Shown: positions 19,719 through 28,507 of the stretch, in pieces | Layout: every line of letters begins with the position of its first letter | Position numbering within the stretch: the first letter of the stretch is position 1 | Assembly (NCBI GenBank): GCA_913050245.1 | Contig: CAJWZJ010000001.1 | Span: forward strand, 118,617 to 182,616 | Source of the DNA: an uncultured bacterium | Lineage (GTDB): Bacteria; Desulfobacterota_D; UBA1144 | Direction: 5' to 3' | Length of the DNA stretch: 64,000 nt | Program-made: the position numbers and the translations under genes | The notes under the pieces: generated by a model | What the model was told of the DNA's origin: nothing | What the model saw: only the letters and a program-made list of their open reading frames with translations | Database searches by the model: none

Positions 19719-20893
19719 TGTTAATTGAATTTTTTAATACAATCAAAAAATCTGGTGTAAATGTATCACTAAAAGAACTTTTAGATCTAATTAAAGCTCT
19801 AGATTCTAACTTAATTAATAGATCCACTGAGGATTTTTACTATTTAAGTAGATCTATAATGGTTAAAGATGAAAAATACTATGATAAGTTTGATAAAGCT
19901 TTTGGTATTTTTTTTGAGGGTATTGAAAATCTTGATCTTGAATATTTAAAGAATGAAATACCTGAAGAATGGTTGAGAAAACAATTCGAAAAATCATTAA
20001 CAAAGGAGCAAAAAGATAAAATTAAGTCTTTAGGTGATCTTGAGGAATTAATGAAAAAATTTATGGAAACATTTAACGAGCAAAGGGAAAGACATCAGGG
20101 TGGCAATAAGTGGATTGGAACTGGTGGTACTTCTCCTTATGGTGCATATGGATCTAATCCGTTTGGCATACGGGTTGGACAAGATGGTAATAGAAACTAC
20201 TCAGCAGCAAAGGTTTGGGATGAAAGAAAATTTAGAAATCTTGATGATAATGTTGAAATAGGAACAAGAAATATTAAAGTAGCTTTAAGAAAACTTCGAA
20301 AATTTGCACGAGTTGAAGGTAATGAAGAATTAGACTTAGATCAAACCATAAAAAAAACAGCAAATAATGGTGGATTTATTGATATAAAAACAAGGCCTGA
20401 AAAGCAAAATCAAGTTAAGGTTTTGTTGTTCTTTGATATAGGTGGATCAATGGATCCACATATAGATTTATGTGAAGAATTGTTTTCCGCTGCAAGATAT
20501 GAATTTAAAAATTTGGAATTTTTTTATTTTCATAATTTTATTTATGAAGGTGTATGGAAGGATAATTCTAGAAGGAACGAGATAATAAACCTTTATGACA
20601 TAATAAATAAGTATTCGCAAGACTATAAAGTTATTATTGTTGGAGACGCATCGATGGGAATATATGAAGTAACTCATATTAATGGCTCAGTTGAACATTA
20701 CAATGAAAAGCCAGGAGAATTTTATTTTAATATTATGTTAAATCATTTTTCTAAGGTTGCTTGGTTAAATCCTATAGATTCAGATGAATGGGACTATTCA
20801 CAATCTATTGACTATATTAGATATTTAACTAAAAACAAAATGTTCCAACTTACAATCGATGGTATTAATAAGGCGGTAAAATTTTTAACTTAA
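19718..20893 (+). CDS. VWA-domain protein (CoxE-like partner of MoxR)
   Basis: Its start overlaps the MoxR stop (TAATG). A MIDAS-like motif LLFFDIGGSMD is present. Length is 391 aa. Confidence 0.7.
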   Translation: MLIEFFNTIKKSGVNVSLKELLDLIKALDSNLINRSTEDFYYLSRSIMVKDEKYYDKFDKAFGIFFEGIENLDLEYLKNEIPEEWLRKQFEKSLTKEQKDKIKSLGDLEELMKKFMETFNEQRERHQGGNKWIGTGGTSPYGAYGSNPFGIRVGQDGNRNYSAAKVWDERKFRNLDDNVEIGTRNIKVALRKLRKFARVEGNEELDLDQTIKKTANNGGFIDIKTRPEKQNQVKVLLFFDIGGSMDPHIDLCEELFSAARYEFKNLEFFYFHNFIYEGVWKDNSRRNEIINLYDIINKYSQDYKVIIVGDASMGIYEVTHINGSVEHYNEKPGEFYFNIMLNHFSKVAWLNPIDSDEWDYSQSIDYIRYLTKNKMFQLTIDGINKAVKFLT

Positions 20894-21264
20894 ACTTCCC
20901 TAGCTAATCTTATGAATAAATAAACAGATATAAATCCTAAAGCTATATTTAGTGATAGATAATTAAAAGCTTTAATGAAATCTTTTTGATGGATCATGTT
21001 TGCAAATTCAAAACTTAATGCTGAGAAAGTAGTCAAAGATCCTAGATATCCTATAACAAAAAAGTCTTTTAGATTTGGTTTTAAATCTAGTTGAGTAGAA
21101 ACAAAATAAAAAAAGCCTAAAAGAATTGAACCAATAACATTAACAACTAATGTAGATAAATAAGGTTTATCAGGAATTTCAATTGAAATAATATTATTAG
21201 TTATGAATCTCGTAATTGCCCCTAACGCTCCTCCTAGGGCAACTAAAACATAAGATAAAACCAT
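20890..21264 (-). CDS. crcB: Fluoride ion channel CrcB
   Basis: 124 aa with 4 TM helices. Motifs GGALGAITRF and GYLGSLTTFS are present. Confidence 0.85.
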   Translation of the reverse strand: MVLSYVLVALGGALGAITRFITNNIISIEIPDKPYLSTLVVNVIGSILLGFFYFVSTQLDLKPNLKDFFVIGYLGSLTTFSALSFEFANMIHQKDFIKAFNYLSLNIALGFISVYLFIRLAREV

Positions 21265-21301
21265 ATAGAAACATACATTAAAAAAAAATAATCGTAAAAT
21301 A

Positions 21302-22216
21302 TTAGTTCATCAAAGTAACGGATATATCATTTATGCTGGTTATATTTTTCTCAATATCATTAATGTATTTAACTGTAAACTCGTAGAAACTTTTAAAACT
21401 GAGCTTATCATTCTTGGGCTCTGATGATTCAGCTTTATAAGAAATATGATTTAAATATAAAAAAATAATGACAATAAAAAGTTTTTCATTAATATCAATT
21501 TCTTTAATAATTTTTTTAAAATAAGTTAATTTTTTTTTATTAATAATTTTGCATATTTTTATCCAATAATCTTGCTTTAACTTGTTATCTGAAATTGAAT
21601 CTGACTCTCTAAAATAAATCTTAAGGCTATTCGCAAATTCTTTATAAAAATTAAAAAAAATAGTATCATTGAAAATGTTATATTCTAAGTTTAACTTACC
21701 TTCTTTATAAACATGCATTAAACCGTCGGGATAAGGCCAAAAACCATTTTTCTCGAATTTTTTTAAAGCTATTTTTGAGATGATTTTCAGATAATGTTTG
21801 ACTTTATTTTTTTGATCATCATTAAATTGATTTGTAAAAATCATCAATCTCCAATAAAGTATGGCTTTTGATATAAGGTCTGCTTCTACTGATAACTTAT
21901 CAGTATCACTAATTTCCCAATCCTCTAGGGCATAAAATAAATATCGTGGTTCTTTGATTTGAAGGAAGTCTATCAATGAAGGAACTCGTTTAGTAAATGG
22001 ATTAGCTAAATTATCTGGATGTGTTGAAGTCTCCTTGCCCCACTTGTAAGACTTTCTTCCTTTAATCGATGTTAAGGGTTGAATCCTCCATCCTAAATTA
22101 AATGAACTTTTTTGATACTTAGCGTTGGTTCCATATCTTTTTGCATGTTCTTTTTTGTGGTATTTTTCAAGCTCTTCTTTCATCACAGAGCCATTATATA
22201 ATCTAAATACGGTCAT
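21302..22216 (-). CDS. Uncharacterized protein, member A of a locally expanded paralogous family
   Basis: Shares with B, C, D, E, F and G the core NPF...LIDFLQIKEPRYLFYALEDWE...ILYWRLMIF...DDQKNK. The C-terminal part contains FWPYPDGLMHVY, which is also in B. Confidence 0.7.
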   Translation of the reverse strand: MTVFRLYNGSVMKEELEKYHKKEHAKRYGTNAKYQKSSFNLGWRIQPLTSIKGRKSYKWGKETSTHPDNLANPFTKRVPSLIDFLQIKEPRYLFYALEDWEISDTDKLSVEADLISKAILYWRLMIFTNQFNDDQKNKVKHYLKIISKIALKKFEKNGFWPYPDGLMHVYKEGKLNLEYNIFNDTIFFNFYKEFANSLKIYFRESDSISDNKLKQDYWIKICKIINKKKLTYFKKIIKEIDINEKLFIVIIFLYLNHISYKAESSEPKNDKLSFKSFYEFTVKYINDIEKNITSINDISVTLMN

Positions 22217-22217
22217 A

Positions 22218-23150
22218 TTAGATACTAGTTACTACTATCTCCTGTTTATCAAATAAATTAGGAGACTTGTCCTTTAGAGCTTTAATCTCTTTAAAAATGG
22301 AATATATCAATTTCCAATCTGAGACTAAACCTTTTTTTGGCTCTTTCTTATGTGGAGACATATTATTGTGAAGCCACGATAGATATGAGGCTGCTACAAG
22401 ATCTGTATTTTGATAATTAAATGCAGTTTTAAAATGAACCTTATCAGGAAGATCTTTTTTATCAAATATTACTTGAAAAGTTCTTGTCCAAAACTCTTCT
22501 TTTTTAATTAAACTTGATTCATTCAATATCTCTCTTTCATATTTCATCAATTTATCTCTGAGTTGAATAAAATGATTAAAAAATATAAATGGCTGTTCAG
22601 GATTATAAGTTATATGAGATGAAAATTTATTTCTATTTTTGTAACTTTTATCTTTTTTATCAGAATATACATGAACTAGGCCATCACTATAGGGCCAAAA
22701 CTCTTTTCTAGGCATACTATCGTTAATTATTTTACTGGCGGTTTTCAGATAAAATTCAATCATTTTTCTTTCTTGATCCGATACTGAACCTGTAAAAAGC
22801 CTTAGTCTCCAATGCAATAGTGCTCTACAGGCTAGCTCCTCTTCAACTGGCGAGTTGTTCTTAGAAAAGTCCCAATCTTCTAACATATAAAAGAAAAATC
22901 TAGTTTCTTTTGTTTCAACAAAATCTACGAATGAAGGAACTTTACACGTTAATGGATTAGCTACATTTGATGGGAATACATCCTTACTTAAGCCCCATTT
23001 ATATCTCTTTCTACCTTCTAAATTGGTTCTAGGTTGAAAAAAAAGTCTTTGTTGTGCATATTCACCTTTTTTTCTTTTGATTTTTTTGGCATTTTTATCG
23101 AGTTCTTTCTTTTGCTCCTGTGAAGCAATTACAATTCCCATTATAGTCAT
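22218..23150 (-). CDS. Uncharacterized protein, member B of the paralogous family (tandem to A)
   Basis: GRKRYKWG...ANPL...FVDFVETKETRFFFYMLEDWD...LLHWRLRLF...FWPYSDGLVHVY aligns collinearly with A. The two are about 35-40% identical by eye and lie 1 nt apart. Confidence 0.7.
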   Translation of the reverse strand: MTIMGIVIASQEQKKELDKNAKKIKRKKGEYAQQRLFFQPRTNLEGRKRYKWGLSKDVFPSNVANPLTCKVPSFVDFVETKETRFFFYMLEDWDFSKNNSPVEEELACRALLHWRLRLFTGSVSDQERKMIEFYLKTASKIINDSMPRKEFWPYSDGLVHVYSDKKDKSYKNRNKFSSHITYNPEQPFIFFNHFIQLRDKLMKYEREILNESSLIKKEEFWTRTFQVIFDKKDLPDKVHFKTAFNYQNTDLVAASYLSWLHNNMSPHKKEPKKGLVSDWKLIYSIFKEIKALKDKSPNLFDKQEIVVTSI

Positions 23151-23186
23151 AAAATAATTTTAACATTAATCATTAAGGATAATTAG

Positions 23187-23570
23187 TTAAATCTTCTTAA
23201 AAGATAAAGAAGCAGAATTTATACAATATCTTAATTTAGTAGGTTCAGGCCCATCTGTGAATACATGTCCTAAGTGAGATCCGCAGCTTTTACATGAAAC
23301 CTCAACTCTTACCATCATATGAGAAGTATCTTCTTTAAAATCTAGAAGATTTTTATCAATACAATCAAAGAAGCTTGGCCAACCTGTACCGGAATCAAAT
23401 TTTGACTTAGAACTGAAAAGCTCATCATTACAACAAATGCACTTATATGTTCCGTCGAGTTTACAATCATGTAAATCTCCAGAAAATGGAGCTTCAGTGC
23501 CTGCCTCTTGGGTAACATGATACTGCATAGGAGTTAGCTTCTTTTTAAGATCATCTTTATTTTGCATCAT
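23187..23570 (-). CDS. msrB: Peptide methionine sulfoxide reductase B
   Basis: Two CxxC zinc knuckles and the catalytic region GTGWPSF...RYCINSASL are present. Length is 127 aa. Confidence 0.9.
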   Translation of the reverse strand: MMQNKDDLKKKLTPMQYHVTQEAGTEAPFSGDLHDCKLDGTYKCICCNDELFSSKSKFDSGTGWPSFFDCIDKNLLDFKEDTSHMMVRVEVSCKSCGSHLGHVFTDGPEPTKLRYCINSASLSFKKI

Positions 23571-23928
23571 TTATCTCCAAGTAATTATCTAAAAAAGATA
23601 TTATATCTTTAGACTCATACATCCATTCAGTCTTATCGGATACAATTTTTAGACATGGAACTTGTAATTTACCACCTCCCTTTATCAATTCTTGAGCATA
23701 ATCGGTATTTCTTCTAGCATCTTTGGTAGTTATAGAGATATTATTTTTTTTCATGTATCGCCTCACTCTCACACAGAAAGGACAAGCTTTAAATTCATAA
23801 ATCTCCATGTTTTTAACTTTTTCTTGTATATGTTTTATTTTATCAGAACTGAAATTTTTTGGTTTTGGTGAGGTAAGCCAATCCAAAAATAAAATAATTC
23901 TACCAAGAATAAACCTAATTATATTCAT
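23557..23928 (-). CDS. Glutaredoxin-like thioredoxin-fold protein with an N-terminal membrane anchor
   Basis: An N-terminal TM segment (IIRFILGRIILFLDWL) is followed by a CPFC active site and the glutaredoxin-like motif GGKLQVPCLKI. It overlaps msrB by 14 nt. Confidence 0.7.
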   Translation of the reverse strand: MNIIRFILGRIILFLDWLTSPKPKNFSSDKIKHIQEKVKNMEIYEFKACPFCVRVRRYMKKNNISITTKDARRNTDYAQELIKGGGKLQVPCLKIVSDKTEWMYESKDIISFLDNYLEINDAK

Positions 23929-23931
23929 AAT

Positions 23932-24342
23932 TTAATCACCTGGCGCCGATCCAAGTGCAGTACCTACGCTATTTAAAAGAGATCGGGCTATTTTTGATTT
24001 CTCATCATCTTGAAGAACCATATTTCTCCAATGACTAATAACATCTGAGAATATATTTTCAGTTAAAGGGTTACAGATATCATAAGATACTTCAGAATTC
24101 CATGTTTCAAGAGCTAGCAGAAAATACCCTGGCAGCTTCTTGTTAAAAAATTTGGCTAAATATGGATTCTTCCTTGCAAAATCCTGCCATTCTTTTATTT
24201 CCATTGTTCTAATGTTTTCTGGAAACATATCATCCCTATCGAAATATTCATATCTTTTCATATAAGTTTCGGCATCATTCTCATTAATCATTGTCCTACC
24301 AATGACTGAAACTGTTGATCCACCTGTACATTCTCGACTCAT
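23932..24342 (-). CDS. Uncharacterized protein, short member C of the paralogous family (core domain only, possible remnant)
   Basis: NPYLAKFF...GYFLLALETWNSEV...VISHWRNMVLQDDEKSKI aligns to the core of A and B. At 136 aa it lacks the C-terminal part. Confidence 0.55.
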   Translation of the reverse strand: MSRECTGGSTVSVIGRTMINENDAETYMKRYEYFDRDDMFPENIRTMEIKEWQDFARKNPYLAKFFNKKLPGYFLLALETWNSEVSYDICNPLTENIFSDVISHWRNMVLQDDEKSKIARSLLNSVGTALGSAPGD

Positions 24343-24456
24343 AATATTTATAATGTATTATAACTATTGTTATGATACAAGATACTATATTTTATTATTT
24401 TTCCATTACCTGTATTATAATGATCATATTAATTATATATCTCATTAAAAAATAAT

Positions 24457-24873
24457 ATGTGGAAGTGCAAACATACTTGGAAAAAATCATCAATTAATAC
24501 ATTGTGGTGCTTACTTGGGTGTTCAATAGGGGATCTTGGAACAATTTTCTATTTTCAAAATGTAGTCCATAGCTTCAGTGCTTTATCGGTAATGCTAATG
24601 GCTATAATTGCGGGTTTATTAACAAGCATTGCATTAGAAACTTTTATTCTTTTAAAGGATTTTAATTTTAAAGATGCATTAAAGATAGCCTTAGGAATGA
24701 GTCTTATAAGCATGATTGGAATGGAAATAGCAATGAATTCAGTAGATTTTATTTTAAATGGTAAACCAGTTATTAATATTGAAACAATTGTTCCTGTATT
24801 GTTAGCAGGATTTATAGCACCTTTACCATATAATTATTGGAGGTTAAAGAAATACGGCATAGCATGCCATTAA
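24457..24873 (+). CDS. Small polytopic membrane protein (possibly DUF4396-like)
   Basis: 138 aa with 3-4 TM helices and an N-terminal Cys-rich segment WCLLGCSIGD. The family assignment is from memory only. Confidence 0.5.
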   Translation: MWKCKHTWKKSSINTLWCLLGCSIGDLGTIFYFQNVVHSFSALSVMLMAIIAGLLTSIALETFILLKDFNFKDALKIALGMSLISMIGMEIAMNSVDFILNGKPVINIETIVPVLLAGFIAPLPYNYWRLKKYGIACH

Positions 24874-25464
24874 CTAGGCACTTTTCATTTCACGGTATTT
24901 TCTTTCTTCTTCTGTAAAAGCTCCGTCGGCAACTGGAATAATAGATGGAATCAATGAACCACCTAATCTAAGAAAGCATCTTTCTAAAAATTTTTGTGCT
25001 TCACTTGCATTAAAAGCAGCTCTTTTAAATGTTAAATATGATCTCCAATAGTTAATTGAGGACCAGACTACAGTCGGGGGAGTTACTTTGTCTAATAATT
25101 CATTATAGGTTCCAATATGAGCCATTGATAATATTGTAATATCAATAATTTCATCACCTTCCATAGAACTAGGATCCCATGATTCTGGATCTTCTATGAC
25201 TCTACCCTGAAGAATTGATATATCATGCATTACAGCTTCTATTAACTTATTAGGGTCTTTGGTCTGAAGATATTCTTCAAGGCAATCATAAGCAACGAGT
25301 TTGAAAGGATTATGACTGTGATAGCCCTCACCCTTTTCGCTAGTCATTTGCACATTACCTTTCATCTGTGGTCTGAAAAGAGTTTTATCAAGCAAACCAT
25401 CCGGGAATATTGACTCAATAATTGATTCTTGTTCTTTTTTTTCTTTAAAATCTATACCTTGCAT
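24874..25464 (-). CDS. Uncharacterized protein, member D of the paralogous family
   Basis: SHNPFKLVAYDCLEEYLQTKDPNKLIEAVMHD...VVWSSINYWRSYLTF matches the core of A and B (NPF, [ED][FY]LQ.K[ED]P, YWR). Confidence 0.55.
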   Translation of the reverse strand: MQGIDFKEKKEQESIIESIFPDGLLDKTLFRPQMKGNVQMTSEKGEGYHSHNPFKLVAYDCLEEYLQTKDPNKLIEAVMHDISILQGRVIEDPESWDPSSMEGDEIIDITILSMAHIGTYNELLDKVTPPTVVWSSINYWRSYLTFKRAAFNASEAQKFLERCFLRLGGSLIPSIIPVADGAFTEEERKYREMKSA

Positions 25465-25614
25465 AGAGCATATTATTACTGGGATTTAATTTAAATCAAA
25501 CAAAATTAAAATTTTGATTATAATAATATGATGGATAAAAGGTTTTTCGGACTTCTTTTTTTAGGTGTTTTTTTGGTATTAATGTATTACCTTTTTAAAA
25601 TAGTTGATTTATAA

Positions 25615-25893
25615 CTAATTCTTTCCGTCCCAGAATTTTTTTATATCGGACCATAATTTTGCTCTGCCTTCTTTAGTTTTACACAGTTTTAATGAACTTA
25701 TAAGAATTCTATAATACATTCTTAATTTATACCTTCCATCGTTTGAAAAACTTAAATATATTGCATAAAGTATAAAAAAAGGTAATAAGATTGGTATGCC
25801 CATTGGCATTGCTAAAATAAATAGAAAAATTCTATTAATTATCTTTTTGAACTTAGCGTATATGCTCTTAAAGTTTGAATTCGAGTTGATCAT
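25615..25893 (-). CDS. Hypothetical small membrane protein (92 aa)
   Basis: Only the ORF and two predicted TM helices support it. It overlaps the 3' end of the DUF45 gene. Confidence 0.35.
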   Translation of the reverse strand: MINSNSNFKSIYAKFKKIINRIFLFILAMPMGIPILLPFFILYAIYLSFSNDGRYKLRMYYRILISSLKLCKTKEGRAKLWSDIKKFWDGKN

Positions 25894-26632
25894 TTGGATT
25901 TTTATCTTCTATATTTTCTTCTTGATTTTTATTAAATAGAGTTCCCATCTCATTTTTAAACATGGAGCAAATATGGTCATTTTTCTTTAACCAATTTTCA
26001 TACTTGATATAGTCAGGCATCATTCTCTCGACTTGAACCCAATAATCATCCGAATGATTATGATGGACTATATGTGCTAACTCATGAACTACCAAATATG
26101 ATATTACCTCATGGGGAATTAAAATAGCCCTCCAACTAAAATTCAAATTTCCATTACCTGAACAAGAACCCCATTGTGAATATGCATTTGTTATAATTAT
26201 CTTATTAAAATTAATATCATATAGTTTTGAGAATCTATTTGTAAGGTTTAAAATGTACTCTCGAGCACTGTCTTTATACCAATCAATAAAAACCTTGTTA
26301 GCTAATTTGATAAAAGCGCTAGATAGATAGAAAGTTCCATTCTCATATTTTAAAGGTATGGATTTATTATCGACAATTTTTAATGGTCTTTCTTTTCCTA
26401 GATAGAGGAAAGTTTCTCCTTCTTCATATCTTTTGTGTAAGTCGTTCAAATATTTAGCTTTAGTGATTTGCTGAGTTCTTAAAAGATAGAATTTCTTCTC
26501 GTCTATATACCTTTCAATTGACTCCATACTTTCATTCATTGGAGCTCTAACTATAATATGGCCTTCAACAGAAATTTGAATTTCTAAAGATTTTCTTTCA
26601 GATCTGATTATCTGATCAACTTTTACCGACAT
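25868..26632 (-). CDS. YgjP-like (DUF45) metal-dependent hydrolase
   Basis: The signature zincin motif HELAHIVHHNHSDDYW and the N-terminus RSERKSLEIQISVEGHIIVRAP are typical of the DUF45/YgjP family. Confidence 0.75.
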   Translation of the reverse strand: MSVKVDQIIRSERKSLEIQISVEGHIIVRAPMNESMESIERYIDEKKFYLLRTQQITKAKYLNDLHKRYEEGETFLYLGKERPLKIVDNKSIPLKYENGTFYLSSAFIKLANKVFIDWYKDSAREYILNLTNRFSKLYDINFNKIIITNAYSQWGSCSGNGNLNFSWRAILIPHEVISYLVVHELAHIVHHNHSDDYWVQVERMMPDYIKYENWLKKNDHICSMFKNEMGTLFNKNQEENIEDKNPNDQLEFKL

Positions 26633-26685
26633 TTTAGGCTACTATAACACAAAAAAAAATAAAAATTAACAATAATTTAAGATAT

Positions 26686-26997
26686 TTATGATAACAAGAT
26701 AAATATAACTGTGAGGAAAGAACCAAAAACAAGACCCACAAAAGTCGCTGCCAAAAGTTCTGTTTGGTCTTTTGATAATTTTGGGGGTTTAGGGAAAGAA
26801 TCAGTATCTAAAAATTCAAAAAGTCCTATGTGCGCAAATATAATTTTTGAAGGGATTGCAAAAGCCACACTGGCTATAATCATTTTTGCCCAAAGAGGCA
26901 ATGTTTCATAGAAAATAGGCTCATCTGCAGCTGCAGGAAGAGTTAAAATAAATATAAACAAAAATAAATAATTTAAAGATAATTTCATAGAACTCAT
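26686..26997 (-). CDS. Small exported/membrane protein (103 aa)
   Basis: A signal peptide (MSSMKLSLNYLFLFIFILTLPAAADEP) is followed by two hydrophobic helices. Confidence 0.45.
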   Translation of the reverse strand: MSSMKLSLNYLFLFIFILTLPAAADEPIFYETLPLWAKMIIASVAFAIPSKIIFAHIGLFEFLDTDSFPKPPKLSKDQTELLAATFVGLVFGSFLTVIFILLS

Positions 26998-27031
26998 TGA
27001 ATTATAATTCCAAATATAGGAAAATCAAATA

Positions 27032-27781
27032 ATGCCATCATGTTATTTGCAAGTATATGAAAAACTGACTAGCTCATCCAAAGATTATAAATATTGGAAA
27101 GAATATACATCCTTCTATGAAAGTTATTGGGGTGGTCCAACTTCACCCTATGGAATTTGGTTTGGAAACGAATATGAAACATTCGAAAATGCTTTGATTG
27201 ATCATATGAAGATACAAAAAAAAGAATTAAAACAATGTCTATTCATAAAAGAAAATGATTTTTATTATATATGCCCTTCAGATCCAAACAGAGATAATCA
27301 AAACTACTCATTTTTAGTAAATAATATTGTCCCTCTTCACTGGTTCCTACTCTTTGATCATAGCCAAAAAAAGGTATTTAAAACGCATTGGGGCTTTGGT
27401 GCAATACATTATACAAATACCGTCTCAAAATCATTAAATAAAATGAAAGAGTTTATTAATTTAAAAAAACAATTAAATAAAACAGATATAGAATTCAGGA
27501 ATAATTATTTAAAACTGATTGATGATTTTTTTGAGACTTGCTCATGGCTTGAGACTTTTGATAGCGAAGGGATATTAATTCTTAATTATGGAGATTTGCT
27601 GGCAAATTTTCCGCAGAACAGTTTAGATAAAGAAGACTCTGTAAAAATTATGGATGATATTAAAGAGATGATTGGGAAAGAATTGTTTAAGGACGCTTCA
27701 GATATTCTTAATTTTTTGATAGAAAGATGGACTAAAATAGAGTTTGCAAATCAAAAGAATGAAAGTAATTTAAGTAATTAA
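27032..27781 (+). CDS. Uncharacterized protein, probable divergent member E of the paralogous family
   Basis: FENALIDHMKIQKKE...PLHWFLLFDHSQKK resembles LIDFLQIKEPR...YWRLMIF...DDQKNK of member A. The match is weaker than for B, C and D. Confidence 0.5.
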   Translation: MPSCYLQVYEKLTSSSKDYKYWKEYTSFYESYWGGPTSPYGIWFGNEYETFENALIDHMKIQKKELKQCLFIKENDFYYICPSDPNRDNQNYSFLVNNIVPLHWFLLFDHSQKKVFKTHWGFGAIHYTNTVSKSLNKMKEFINLKKQLNKTDIEFRNNYLKLIDDFFETCSWLETFDSEGILILNYGDLLANFPQNSLDKEDSVKIMDDIKEMIGKELFKDASDILNFLIERWTKIEFANQKNESNLSN

Positions 27782-28476
27782 GATTTTTTTTCATTTACTT
27801 TCTTCTCTATCCATTTCATAGGTATTAACTTTGGTGGTATTAATAATTTATCTTTATCCTTAACAAAATCATTTTTATATTCAAGACTCCATTTATAGCT
27901 TAAAAAGTATTGTGTAATAGTTAATGTGAGATCTTTTAATTTTTTTATTTTAGACCACTCGTTAATCTTACTTTGCATGGGAATTATTTTTGCTTTCGAT
28001 GGATGAAATAGTGTTCTTAAAGCAAAATTTCTTTCTTGATCATTTGCAGGTTTTAAATCTTTTTTCATATCTGACAACATCTTATATATATACTTGTAAG
28101 TTCCTACAACATGTTCATTGCTAAACGGTAATTTTCTTTTTCTTTTTTTTGGTATGTTAGCAGCAAGTCCTTCAGCAAATTGTTGAATATTTAATTTGTC
28201 CTCGTCACTTGGGTATTTTGATTGCATTGTCCAAGCTATTATCTGATATCTAACGGTTGGGTGGTCTAAAACACATGGGTGTTCTTTTATCGCAAGGGCT
28301 AAGTGCAATGGCTTTTTAGTTAATTGAAAATCCCTAAAATATTTACAGAAGAAAAGCCAAGAAATTATTCCAGTCCTTCCTTCATGAACTTGTTCAATAA
28401 AGTTTTTTATTTCTCTGAAGAAGCTATTTGAAAGAATTTCAGAGACAATCCAAGGATCTTCTTTAATCTTAGGCAT
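27778..28476 (-). CDS. Uncharacterized protein, probable member F of the paralogous family
   Basis: IKNFIEQVHEGRTGIISWLFF...YQIIAWTMQSKYPSDEDKLNIQQF matches the core of A in order and spacing. Confidence 0.55.
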   Translation of the reverse strand: MPKIKEDPWIVSEILSNSFFREIKNFIEQVHEGRTGIISWLFFCKYFRDFQLTKKPLHLALAIKEHPCVLDHPTVRYQIIAWTMQSKYPSDEDKLNIQQFAEGLAANIPKKRKRKLPFSNEHVVGTYKYIYKMLSDMKKDLKPANDQERNFALRTLFHPSKAKIIPMQSKINEWSKIKKLKDLTLTITQYFLSYKWSLEYKNDFVKDKDKLLIPPKLIPMKWIEKKVNEKKS

Positions 28477-28507
28477 ATATAAATTCTAACATGAAAAATT
28501 TATAAAA

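Noticed and set aside
18873-20893. Interpreting the MoxR-VWA pair as an antiphage defence module.
   Set aside because: The pair lacks the additional effector genes seen in defence systems, and its housekeeping neighbours argue for a chaperone role.
25465-25614. A 28-aa hydrophobic ORF (MMDKRFFGLLFLGVFLVLMYYLFKIVDL) in the gap between D and the 92-aa membrane ORF.
   Set aside because: It is too short, has no RBS, and is easily produced by chance in AT-rich DNA.
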